A DNA stretch of 64,000 nt from positions 62,001 through 126,000 of the forward strand of contig CM119269.1 of NCBI GenBank assembly GCA_051294375.1, written 5' to 3'. The notes below the pieces were generated by a model. The model was not told the origin of the DNA and ran no database searches. It was given only the letters and a program-made list of their open reading frames with translations. Below, in pieces: positions 26,134 through 37,980 of this stretch (its first letter is position 1; each line of letters opens with the position of its first letter). Source of the stretch: Paraspadella gotoi (taxonomy: Eukaryota > Animalia > Chaetognatha). Made by a program: the position numbers and the translations under genes.

Positions 26134-27968
26134 TGAAGAGAAATCGCCTCGTTATTTGTATCATGTTTAGGGTCATTTTTCTCTCTCTCTATCTCGCCCG
26201 TTTTTGGACGTCGGTCATTTGAACCTTACTTTCATACATTTTGTGATCGACTTTCAGTCGTTTTTTTAGAACCACTCTTTGGAAACTCGTTGATCGTCTG
26301 AAAACCGTATTTTTACGGGTTTTCGCGACTTTGATATTGTCAACGATTTTGTCTCCTTTTGGCTACGATTTGTCACGACCAAGAATAGACGTTTGGACCA
26401 TTTTTGATCTCGCGTTGTACTTTTACTAGATATTTAGTCAGCAAAACCTTTGTCAAAAGCTCTTTTTGGACGGGCAACCAACGAACGCCAACCGCAAAGC
26501 GTGGAGACTCGGAAATTCTCTACAGTAAAAATAACGAATTGCTTCGCGGAAACGGCGATTAAGATTTGGATTAATCACGGCATTAAGAGAAGAAGACTTC
26601 AACTGAAAAATGTTTGATTTTGCGACCGTCGCGGAAGAACACCGCGATTAGTAGAAGACATCTTCCTGTGGTTAATGATCAACTACTGAAAATCTACGAT
26701 TGCTTTAAGAACCTACTAGAAGCCCGATTAGAAACGATGAAGGAATCTCTTAAAAAGAGGTTCGATACGTTACGACTCGAACTCCAGGAACCACGAAAAA
26801 ATCGTGGAGAAGGAGCCGCGCCATCATTCGACCGCCGACTCCTCTCCAACCCATCAAAGCTTCCTGCTCTCCAACGTCTTTCAACGATGGGGGATTTGGA
26901 TTCTCCGCAATTCGGCGCGTCATCACCAAAAAATCGTCTATCTCCCCGGCGAAGGAAATAGACCAACGTCGATGCGGAAGTCGACGCCGACTATCCAGAT
27001 CAAAGCCGCCTTTTACGAAGGCTGCATCTTGCATTTTCTGCGCTAAGAATCACCTCGTTTCTCAGTGCAACTTGTAATCGCGCGATGGACCCTGATATAA
27101 AAAAAAATGTTCGTCTTCAAGAGAAGAATTTGTGTTTCAAGTGCCTGAAGCCGGGGACATACGTCTCGACACTGCACTCACTGCGACGCTGCGCAAGTCT
27201 GTGATGGACCGCACCATTCGGGCTGCATGACTGGGCCTGGATCTCCACGCCGACGAGAATGAACACTACGATACGGCGACGGAAATCCTAGTCAGATGAT
27301 ACCGCTCCAAAGATACAACGGCAATTCCAAAAATACATCGATATGAATTTGTTGAATATTTTTTCCTTTTATTATTTCTTTCTTTTTTTTTTCTCTCTCT
27401 CTCTTTCTAATTTTGTTTAAAATGAATTAGTAATTACGACTTTGATTTCGGATCAGCTCTTTTAACGAAATTCATTTAATTTAAAATGTTCCATCATTGA
27501 ATATTTAGATTTTGATTTTAAGTTACATACGGGTTCGGCGGATTTCTTTTATTTTCTTTAGAGTAAAATGTACCATTTTTACTGATGGGGGTGAAGGAAA
27601 TCGCCTCGTTATTTGTATCATGTTTAGGGCATTTTTTCTCTCTCTATCTCGGCCCCGTTTTTGGACGTCGGTCATTTGAACTTACTTTCATAATTTTTGT
27701 GATCGACTTTTCAGTAGTTTTAGAACCACTCTTTGGAAACTCGTTGCTCGTCTGAAAACCGTTATTTTTCGGTTTTCGCGACTTGATATTGTCACGATTT
27801 TGTCTCCTTTTGCTACGATTTTGTCACAACCAAGAAATAGACGTGGACCATTTTTGGATCTGAGTTGTACTTTTATAATATTTAGTCAGCAAACTCTTGT
27901 CAAAAGCTCTTTTGGACGGGCAACCAACGAACGCCAACCCAAAGCGTGGAGACTCGGAATTCTCTACA
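26134..27968 (+). mobile_element. Short non-autonomous LTR retrotransposon, BEL/Pao gag-only (LTRs 26134-26524 and 27592-27968)
   Basis: Two ~380-390-bp direct repeats starting TGAAG and ending CTCTACA. GAGAG lies on both flanks (TSD-compatible) and a G-run precedes the 3' LTR. Internal zinc knuckles; no room for pol. Confidence 0.88.
26614..27231 (+). pseudogene. Frameshifted gag-like region: coiled-coil-like N-terminus plus three zinc knuckles
   Basis: 27030-27068 encodes CIFCAKNHLVSQC. From 27130 it reads LCFKCLKPG/HTSRHC and then RRC/QVCDGPHHSG/LH across 1-bp shifts. This triple arrangement is typical of BEL/Pao Gag. Confidence 0.82.
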
Positions 27969-28928
27969 GAGAGAGAGAGAGAGAAAGAAAGAATCAAATG
28001 GCAGCAGCAGAAGCAGCAGGAGAAAAGAGAGAAAAGAGAGAGCCCCTGCAAGCCAGCTGCAGACTCGTTTTTTCCCTATGATTATGAATCAGTGAATAGG
28101 GAAAAGAGAGAGGGAGAGAGACATGTAATTAAAAGAAAAAAGAGAGAACAGAGAAATATGAAAATAAAAGAGAAATTTGTTTGTTTTTTGATAAAACGTA
28201 AACAAAACATATTTAATAACTGTTCAGACTCAATTTTAAGCACATCGATGATGAGAAGCGTATATAAATTTTCAGCTTTCATAAACCCAATTTAATCATA
28301 AAAAAGGCGATCTATAATTTGGAACGCCGACGACCTTCGTAGTAATAATATTTTTAACGAGAATAAATGTTAGTTGATAACAATTCATTGAACGTCAATT
28401 AAAAGAGATAAAAACGTGGTTTAGTTCTTGGCTTGAAATTCGAATGAGAGAAACTTAACAAAGTAAGGAGGTCAATTAGAGTCACCAGAATACATTATTA
28501 TGTGGAAAAATATACAATTAATGTCTAGAGAAAAGTTGAAATGAATTCAAAAACGATTTATTTGATTGAATCATTTTAAACTTTTCTTAAATCTCAACCA
28601 CAACGAAAACGATTATTATTGAGAAAATTTTTTTGCTCTCTCTGTTCATACGCCAGGCAAAAAATGTAGAGAGTGAGAAGCAAAAACTAAGAGAAAATGT
28701 GGGAGAGAGAGAGAAAAAAGAGCGAGAGCGGTATTTTCGCGTGAGTGCATTCGCACGCTAGATCCGCGACGATCGCGTCGGTAGAGAAAGGAAGAGGATC
28801 TCGCTCATTTTTCGAGAGTCACCGACGCGAGATGAACTCCGACCTTCGACCGCGGTAAGAGAGAGAGGAGCGGAAGGAGGGGAAGCCTTTTTGGTCGTCT
28901 CGCGGCTCGGTCGATTGTCGACCACCCC

Positions 28929-28996
<68 letters not shown>

Positions 28997-29070
28997 ATTG
29001 AAGTCAATTCTAATATCAACTCAGAGACTAAAATTATCGAAAATTTTTATCGTTACGATGAGAGAGAGAA

Positions 29071-29123
<53 letters not shown>

Positions 29124-29230
29124 AAACGCGAGAATCACCTTTCTCTCTGTCGCACTCTCTCCTCTTCCTTTCTTTCTTCTCCCCTTCTCCTCCTTCCCCT
29201 CCTCTCCCCCTCTCCCTCTCTCTCCCGCAG

Positions 29231-29407
29231 ACCCTTCGCTTTTCTCTCCCACAACGGCAAACCCATCGACAAGACCGTCGACTTGCACAAATACTCCTTC
29301 AAGAAGATCGCGTCCAAGACGTCGCTCTTCCCCATCAATTCACTCTCTCCATCAATGATGCGCAGTTCGAAGACGCGGGGATTTACAAGTGCTCCAACTT
29401 GCTTCAA
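29231..29407 (+). CDS. IgSF exon B, copy 1 (compensating indels)
   Basis: cccgcag acceptor, gtgagg donor. Near-identical to 36695-36871. Confidence 0.7.
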
Positions 29408-29635
29408 GTGAGGAAGAGGGAGGAGGGAGGGAGGGAGAGAGGAAAGAGAGAGAGGAAGAGAAGGAGGGAGGGAGAAAAAGAGGGAGGAGGGAGGAAGATT
29501 TACAAGTGCTCCAACTTCTTCAAGTGAGGAAAGAAGAAAAGAAAACGTACTTAGAGAGATTTATACATATCTCTGTTTTAATTTGAACAAATTTCCATAT
29601 AACTCAATATAAATTTTGTCATGTATTCCTCTCAG

Positions 29636-29711
29636 GTTATGTTAAAATCGTGATCGGTCGTCCGCGTGCCTGCCGACTTACCTTGGATATCTACGAGATA
29701 CCGACGTTCAG
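29636..29711 (+). CDS. IgSF exon C, copy 1 (indels)
   Basis: ctctcag acceptor, gtaagg donor. Matches 37122-37199. Confidence 0.6.
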
Positions 29712-30034
29712 GTAAGGTTTATTTCGTGAGAATGATTTCGCTTCTGTTAAAATTATATTGTAAATTAACAAAATAGCTATATATTTAGATAATAATGATA
29801 TGAGGTTTCACTCGTCTCATGGTTAAATATTAAATATACAGAAAGAATGACGAAATGTATATTCCAACATATTATTATTTATTTATTATAATTTATTAAA
29901 TGAATGGGATAATTTTTATATTGGTTTACCAATTTCAAATGAATGACTCGGCTTATTACTAAAAATCAATTATATTACAAAATAGATATATATTTACAAT
30001 ATTATTAAAACTTTCCCTGTCTCTACATTTACAG

Positions 30035-30179
30035 GTCAGCTGTCAATCAGATACGCTGGTTCACCTCAGCCAAGAGATTAAATGGCTTCAAGGAAATCGG
30101 ACTGTCTTGGTCACACGGAGTCAATCAGACTGCAACGTCCATCAGCAATGATCTATTGGAGGCAGAAGAGGAGGAAGAG
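30035..30179 (+). CDS. IgSF exon D, copy 1 (indels)
   Basis: tttacag acceptor, gttagg donor. Matches 37523-37669. Confidence 0.6.
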
Positions 30180-30199
30180 GTTAGGTTGAGGAAGAGAAA

Positions 30200-30490
30200 G
30201 GAAGAATGTCAATTCATGCGCCATGCCACGTCCAGTGAGAAAGAATGCAAGGAAGAATGTCAATTCATGCGCCATGCCACGTCCAGTGAGAAAGATATGC
30301 TAGGAAGAATGTCAATCATGCGCCATGCCACGTCCAGTGAGAAAGAATGCTAGGAAGAATGTCAATTCATGCGCCATGCCACGTCCAGTGAGAAAGAATG
30401 CAAGGAAGAATGACAATTCATGCGCCATGCCACGTCCAGCGAAGAGATGCAAGGAAAATGTCCAATTCATGCGCCATGCCAACGTCCGGT
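30200..30490 (+). repeat. 51-bp minisatellite, ~5.7 units (copy 1)
   Basis: Unit ggaagaatgtcaattcatgcgccatgccacgtccagtgagaaagaatgcaa. Confidence 0.92.
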
Positions 30491-31403
30491 CAGGATTGTC
30501 CTCTTTATGCAATTTTCGGACGTTCTTTTTGGAGATTTTCCTCAATGTCATTTCAAATTTCAACTAAAATATTATATCTACTTTAATTAAATGTGTTTTT
30601 AAACTTTTTATATCGATCTCCGAAATCCTTTTTTCCATCTAACCTGTTTTCACTGTACGCACCCTTTTTTTGGGTTGTAACGTGAATTTTTTTTTTTTTT
30701 GGCGAAACTTTTTTTTAAAGGGAAAATGAAGTCTTTTGGGAAATGGTGACAGAAAATCGTTAAGGCGAAAGACCTTACCTGATTGGGGGGAGGAAATAGA
30801 GAAGGGAGGAATGGAGAGAGGGAGGAAAGGGAGGAAAAGAGAGAGGGAGGAAAGGGAGGAAACGGAGAGAGGAAGAAAGAGAGAGTGAGGAAAGGAGAGA
30901 AAAAGGAAAGGGAGGAAAGGAGAAAGGGAGGAATAGGAGAAAGGGAGAAGGGAGGAAAGGGAGGAAAAGAGATAGGGAGGAAGGGAGAAAAGGAGAGAGG
31001 GAGGAAAGGGAGGAAAAGAGAGAGGAAGGAAAGGGAGAAAGGAGAGAGGGAGGAAAGGAGAGAAAGAAGAAAGGAGAGAGGAGGAAAGGAGAGAAAAAAG
31101 AAAGGGAGAAGGAGAGAGGGAGGAATAGGAGAAAGGAGAGGAGAGAAAAGGAGAGAGGGGAGAAAGGGAGGAAAAGAGAGAGGAGAAAGGGAGGAAAGGA
31201 GAGAGGAAGAAAGGAGAGAGGAGGAAAGGGAGGAAAGGAGAGAAAGGAAAGGGAGGAAAGGAGAGAGGGAAGAAANNNNNNNNNNNNNNNNNNNNNNNNN
31301 TCCTCCTCCTCCTCCTTTCTCCTTTCGTCTTCCTCATAAATATTTCTTAAAACAAATTAGCAATAAATAGTAAATCATCTCTTACTCATCTCCTCGTTTA
31401 CAG

Positions 31404-31523
31404 ATGGCCTCTCCCCTGCAACAGATGTTTTCCTCCATTTCCCTGGGATCATCTGTGACTTTCACCTGCGAATCTAATCAACCGACGGCTGCAGTTTGGG
31501 TCAAACAATCTTCTGACCTACAG
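31404..31523 (+). CDS. IgSF exon A, copy 2: N-terminal half of Ig domain 1
   Basis: Phase-1 acceptor. Removing one extra G gives xGLSPATDVFLHFPGSSVTFTCESNQPTAAVWVKQSSDLQ (Ig Cys and Trp). Phase-0 donor. Confidence 0.8.
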
Positions 31524-32042
31524 GTGATTGGAAACTGACCTCACCCTACTGCGGCTGAATGAAGCTACTGCTGGTGCAGCTCATGTTCCTGCCCTGCTTT
31601 ATTATGTTGTTGCTTACAGCCGCCATGCTTATTGCTGAGTTTAATTTTCTTTCAATTGCAGCTGCTGTTAATATTGCAGCTTTGCCTATAATTTTGGATG
31701 CTTCTGATGGCATTTTTCTGCAATTTTCTGTTTTTTTTGCTGCTCTTCGGTGGTCAAAGAAGATTTGAAAAAAAAATAAATAAAAAGTTTGTTTTTTTTT
31801 GTTAAGAAAAATCGATTAATTTCGTTCGAAAAAAATTAGAGACTGTCCGGATTTCGATATCAATTCCTTGTTGATGTCGTCGTCTTATCATCGTGTCTTT
31901 ATTCGTCGTTGTCGTCGTCTTTTCATCGTTGTCAAAATCGTCGGATCGTCGTCCTTCTCCCTTATTCGGGGTCAACCAATTTTGAAGTCACAATTATAGA
32001 AAACTTGCCTTCGCTTCGTTGGGGGAGAGAGAGAGAGAGAGA

Positions 32043-32083
<41 letters not shown>

Positions 32084-32085
32084 AG

Positions 32086-32121
<36 letters not shown>

Positions 32122-32167
32122 GAGAGAGAGAGAAAGAGAGAGTCGAGAGAGTAGATTCTAGAGAGGA

Positions 32168-32200
<33 letters not shown>

Positions 32201-32224
32201 TGAGAGAGAGAGAGAGAAAGAGAG

Positions 32225-32287
<63 letters not shown>

Positions 32288-33583
32288 AAGCAGAGAGGGA
32301 GAGAGAGAGAGGAGGCATATGGTTGACTTTCCCTCCCTATCTCGACGCTGATTGGCCCAGCCGCGACTCAGCCGCGGACCTTTCTTCGGCGGCGGAGTAA
32401 AGTCCGCTCCTGATTCGCTCGTCTTCGCGCGAAGGAAGAGATTCTATTCCTTCTCTTTCTCACTCTCTCTCCTTTCGCCTCCTCTTTCGCGCGTCTTACT
32501 CTCGAATTTTGGGAGAAATTTATCATTTCTCATAAAAAAAAATACTTTTCCCCGATGTGAATAAATTTAAATAAGGTGAAAAAATATTTTTACAAAAACA
32601 AAATGTATGAGTTAATGTGAATTTACTTCTGAAAATTGGATAAAAAAATTACTAAAAGTTAAGTTACCTTAACAAGCAAAATGACAGAGAATCATTGTTA
32701 TTATTATAAAATAAACATAATGTTTATGTCTAAAATTGAAAATTTAAAATATCATTCAATGAAAATAAAAATATCAATGTATTTTTTTTAATTTTTATTT
32801 TTTTAATCATTAATTTATAATATGCTCAAGTTCAGCACGTTACTTCTCTTCGCCAATCTGGTCCAAGTTTCGATTGTCTTTTGTCTGGAATGCTGACAAT
32901 GTTTAGAGAGGTCGCATTCCAAAAAAGCCCCACGGACAAAGTAAAACAAAAGTTTATTAGTCGGATCTGCTTTCAGCAAATCCCGACTCTATAATTCACT
33001 TTGTCGGTCGTCGGTCCGCCCAACCAATCTGTCGGGAATTCACTTTATATCATATTCAGACATCTAATTATGATAAATTATGAAAAAAATCTTAAAAAGC
33101 ATAAGGATCGTCGCAATTGCATAAGAAAAATCGTGGATTGACGACAAATTCTTTTATAATAAAAAAATAAAATTTAAAAAAAAATTTATAAACAGAAAAG
33201 AAAAGAAGAAAAGAAATAAATAAAAAAGAAAGAAAGAAAGAAAGAAAGAATAGAAAAAAAAAGAATAAAAGGAAAGGAAAGAATAGAAAGGAAAGAAAGA
33301 ATAGAAAGGAAAGAAAGAATAGAAAGGGGAAAAAAAGAAAATTAATTTATAAACAGAAAGAAAAATTCTATTTTGCGATTGTCTCTAACACTGTCAGCAT
33401 TCCCAGACAAAAGACAAAGTGAAACTTGAATCAGGACTGACGAAGTGAAAGTAAAGACAAAAGTGAAACAAAAACCCGATGTTATTATAGCAAATATAAC
33501 TGCACGAATGCGATGCTTAATTTTTACGAGTTCAATCCCAATTAAATTTTTTTTAAATAAAAACACAGGAGAGAGAGAGAGAG

Positions 33584-35418
33584 TGAAGAGAAATCGCCTC
33601 GTTATTTGTATCATGTTTAGGGTCATTTTTCTCTCTCTCTATCTCGCCCGTTTTTGGACGTCGGTCATTTGAACCTTACTTTCATACATTTTGTGATCGA
33701 CTTTCAGTCGTTTTTTTAGAACCACTCTTTGGAAACTCGTTGATCGTCTGAAAACCGTATTTTTACGGGTTTTCGCGACTTTGATATTGTCAACGATTTT
33801 GTCTCCTTTTGGCTACGATTTGTCACGACCAAGAATAGACGTTTGGACCATTTTTGATCTCGCGTTGTACTTTTACTAGATATTTAGTCAGCAAAACCTT
33901 TGTCAAAAGCTCTTTTTGGACGGGCAACCAACGAACGCCAACCGCAAAGCGTGGAGACTCGGAAATTCTCTACAGTAAAAATAACGAATTGCTTCGCGGA
34001 AACGGCGATTAAGATTTGGATTAATCACGGCATTAAGAGAAGAAGACTTCAACTGAAAAATGTTTGATTTTGCGACCGTCGCGGAAGAACACCGCGATTA
34101 GTAGAAGACATCTTCCTGTGGTTAATGATCAACTACTGAAAATCTACGATTGCTTTAAGAACCTACTAGAAGCCCGATTAGAAACGATGAAGGAATCTCT
34201 TAAAAAGAGGTTCGATACGTTACGACTCGAACTCCAGGAACCACGAAAAAATCGTGGAGAAGGAGCCGCGCCATCATTCGACCGCCGACTCCTCTCCAAC
34301 CCATCAAAGCTTCCTGCTCTCCAACGTCTTTCAACGATGGGGGATTTGGATTCTCCGCAATTCGGCGCGTCATCACCAAAAAATCGTCTATCTCCCCGGC
34401 GAAGGAAATAGACCAACGTCGATGCGGAAGTCGACGCCGACTATCCAGATCAAAGCCGCCTTTTACGAAGGCTGCATCTTGCATTTTCTGCGCTAAGAAT
34501 CACCTCGTTTCTCAGTGCAACTTGTAATCGCGCGATGGACCCTGATATAAAAAAAAATGTTCGTCTTCAAGAGAAGAATTTGTGTTTCAAGTGCCTGAAG
34601 CCGGGGACATACGTCTCGACACTGCACTCACTGCGACGCTGCGCAAGTCTGTGATGGACCGCACCATTCGGGCTGCATGACTGGGCCTGGATCTCCACGC
34701 CGACGAGAATGAACACTACGATACGGCGACGGAAATCCTAGTCAGATGATACCGCTCCAAAGATACAACGGCAATTCCAAAAATACATCGATATGAATTT
34801 GTTGAATATTTTTTCCTTTTATTATTTCTTTCTTTTTTTTTTCTCTCTCTCTCTTTCTAATTTTGTTTAAAATGAATTAGTAATTACGACTTTGATTTCG
34901 GATCAGCTCTTTTAACGAAATTCATTTAATTTAAAATGTTCCATCATTGAATATTTAGATTTTGATTTTAAGTTACATACGGGTTCGGCGGATTTCTTTT
35001 ATTTTCTTTAGAGTAAAATGTACCATTTTTACTGATGGGGGTGAAGGAAATCGCCTCGTTATTTGTATCATGTTTAGGGCATTTTTTCTCTCTCTATCTC
35101 GGCCCCGTTTTTGGACGTCGGTCATTTGAACTTACTTTCATAATTTTTGTGATCGACTTTTCAGTAGTTTTAGAACCACTCTTTGGAAACTCGTTGCTCG
35201 TCTGAAAACCGTTATTTTTCGGTTTTCGCGACTTGATATTGTCACGATTTTGTCTCCTTTTGCTACGATTTTGTCACAACCAAGAAATAGACGTGGACCA
35301 TTTTTGGATCTGAGTTGTACTTTTATAATATTTAGTCAGCAAACTCTTGTCAAAAGCTCTTTTGGACGGGCAACCAACGAACGCCAACCCAAAGCGTGGA
35401 GACTCGGAATTCTCTACA
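33584..35418 (+). mobile_element. Second, apparently identical copy of the gag-only LTR element (LTRs 33584-33974 and 35042-35418)
   Basis: Offset exactly 7450 bp from 26134-27968. The ORF track gives identical translations. Confidence 0.88.
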
Positions 35419-36378
35419 GAGAGAGAGAGAGAGAAAGAAAGAATCAAATGGCAGCAGCAGAAGCAGCAGGAGAAAAGAGAGAAAAGAGAGAGCCCCTGCA
35501 AGCCAGCTGCAGACTCGTTTTTTCCCTATGATTATGAATCAGTGAATAGGGAAAAGAGAGAGGGAGAGAGACATGTAATTAAAAGAAAAAAGAGAGAACA
35601 GAGAAATATGAAAATAAAAGAGAAATTTGTTTGTTTTTTGATAAAACGTAAACAAAACATATTTAATAACTGTTCAGACTCAATTTTAAGCACATCGATG
35701 ATGAGAAGCGTATATAAATTTTCAGCTTTCATAAACCCAATTTAATCATAAAAAAGGCGATCTATAATTTGGAACGCCGACGACCTTCGTAGTAATAATA
35801 TTTTTAACGAGAATAAATGTTAGTTGATAACAATTCATTGAACGTCAATTAAAAGAGATAAAAACGTGGTTTAGTTCTTGGCTTGAAATTCGAATGAGAG
35901 AAACTTAACAAAGTAAGGAGGTCAATTAGAGTCACCAGAATACATTATTATGTGGAAAAATATACAATTAATGTCTAGAGAAAAGTTGAAATGAATTCAA
36001 AAACGATTTATTTGATTGAATCATTTTAAACTTTTCTTAAATCTCAACCACAACGAAAACGATTATTATTGAGAAAATTTTTTTGCTCTCTCTGTTCATA
36101 CGCCAGGCAAAAAATGTAGAGAGTGAGAAGCAAAAACTAAGAGAAAATGTGGGAGAGAGAGAGAAAAAAGAGCGAGAGCGGTATTTTCGCGTGAGTGCAT
36201 TCGCACGCTAGATCCGCGACGATCGCGTCGGTAGAGAAAGGAAGAGGATCTCGCTCATTTTTCGAGAGTCACCGACGCGAGATGAACTCCGACCTTCGAC
36301 CGCGGTAAGAGAGAGAGGAGCGGAAGGAGGGGAAGCCTTTTTGGTCGTCTCGCGGCTCGGTCGATTGTCGACCACCCC

Positions 36379-36446
<68 letters not shown>

Positions 36447-36536
36447 AGTTGAAGTCAACTTCTTAATATCAACTCAGAGACTAAAATTATCGGAAATTTT
36501 TATCGTTACGATGAGAGAGAGAAAGAGTGAGAGAGA

Positions 36537-36583
<47 letters not shown>

Positions 36584-36694
36584 CGCGAGAATCACCTTTC
36601 TCTCTGTCGCACTCTCTTCCTCTTCCTTTCTTTCTTCTCCCTCCTTCTCTCTCCTTCCCCTCTCTCTCTCCCCCTCTCCCTCTCTCTCCCGCAG

Positions 36695-36871
36695 ACCCTT
36701 CGCTTTCTCTCCCACAACGGCAAACCCATCGACAAGACCGTCGACTTGCACAAATACTCCTTCAAGAAGATCGCGTCAAAGACGTCGCTCTTCCCCATCA
36801 AATTCACTCTCTCCATCAATGATGCGCAGTTCGAAGACGCGGGGATTTACAAGTGCTCCAACTTGCTTCAA
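36695..36871 (+). CDS. IgSF exon B, copy 2 (intact, 59 codons): C-terminal half of V/I-type Ig domain 1
   Basis: TLRFLSHNGKPIDKTVDLHKYSFKKIASKTSLFPIKFTLSINDAQFEDAGIYKCSNLLQ contains the L-x-I..D-x-G-x-Y-x-C Ig signature. AG/GT boundaries, phase 0/0. Confidence 0.9.
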
Positions 36872-37121
36872 GTGAGGAAAGAGGGAGGGAGGGAGGGAGG
36901 GAGAGAGGAAGAGAGAGAGGAAGAGAGGGAGGGAGGAAGAGAAGGAGGGAGGGAGAAAAAGAGGGAGGGAGGGAGGAAGGATTTACAAGTGCTCCAACTT
37001 GCTTCAAGTGAGGAAAGAAGAAAAGAAAACGTAACTTAGAGAGATTTATACATATCTCTGTTTTAATTTGAACAAAATTTCCATATAACTCAATATAAAT
37101 TTTGTCATGTATTCCTCTCAG

Positions 37122-37199
37122 GTTATGTTAATCGTGATCGGTCGTCCGCGTTGCCTGCCGACTTACCTTGGATATCTCACCGAAGATACCGACGTTCAG
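37122..37199 (+). CDS. IgSF exon C, copy 2 (intact, 26 codons): G strand and linker
   Basis: VMLIVIGRPRCLPTYLGYLTEDTDVQ. ctctcag acceptor, gtaagt donor, phase 0/0, in frame with its neighbours. Confidence 0.82.
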
Positions 37200-37522
37200 G
37201 TAAGTTTATTTTCGTGAGAATGATTCGCTTCTGCTTAAAATTATATTGTAAATTAACAAATAGCTATATATTTAGATAATAATGATATGAGGTTTCACTC
37301 GTCTCATGGTTAAATAATTAAATATACAGAAAGAATGACGAAATGTATATTCCAACATATTATTATTTATTTATTATTATTTATTAAATGAATGGATAAT
37401 TTTTATATTGGTTGTACCAATTTCAAATGAATGACTCGGCTTATTACTAAAAATCAATTATATTACAAAATAGATATATATTTACAATATTATTAAAACT
37501 TTCCCTGTCTCTACATTTACAG

Positions 37523-37669
37523 GTCAGCTGTCAAGTCAGATACGCTGGTTCACCTCAGCCAAGGATTAAATGGCTTCAAGGAAATCGGACTGTCTTGGGT
37601 CACACGGAGTCAATCAGACCTGCAACGTCCATCAGCAATGATCTATTGGAGGCAGAAGAGGAGGAAGAG
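37523..37669 (+). CDS. IgSF exon D, copy 2 (intact, 49 codons): first half of Ig domain 2
   Basis: VSCQVRYAGSPQPRIKWLQGNRTVLGHTESIRPATSISNDLLEAEEEEE shows the C..G-x-P-x-P-x-I-x-W Ig motif. tttacag acceptor, gttagg donor. Confidence 0.85.
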
Positions 37670-37689
37670 GTTAGGTTGAGGAAGAGAAA

Positions 37690-37980
37690 GGAAGAATGTC
37701 AATTCATGCGCCATGCCACGTCCAGTGAGAAAGAATGCAAGGAAGAATGTCAATTCATGCGCCATGCCACGTCCAGTGAGAAAGAATGCTAGGAAGAATG
37801 TCAATTCATGCGCCATGCCACGTCCAGTGAGAAAGAATGCTAGGAAGAATGTCAATTCATGCGCCATGCCACGTCCAGTGAGAAAGAATGCAAGGAAGAA
37901 TGACAATTCATGCGCCATGCCACGTCCAGCGAAGAAGAATGCAAGGAAGAATGTCAATTCATGCGCCATGCCACGTCCGG
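37690..37980 (+). repeat. 51-bp minisatellite, ~5.7 units (degraded copies at ~47600-47880 and ~56790-57050)
   Basis: Tandem units are directly visible and produce the 17-aa periodic spurious ORFs. Confidence 0.95.

Larger units (their letters stand above)
24866..28930. other. ~4.1-kb intronic segment bounded by (GA)n tracts; present in locus copies 1 and 2, absent from copies 3 and 4
   Basis: At 45480-45720 and 54900-55280 the left flank (ttgccttcgcttcgttgg) runs through a GA tract straight into the right flank (gttgaagtcaacttcttaatatc). Confidence 0.8.

Noticed and set aside
30200-30490. 51-bp repeat array as a CRISPR
   Set aside because: The units are head-to-tail with no unique spacers, there are no cas genes, and the context is a eukaryotic intron.
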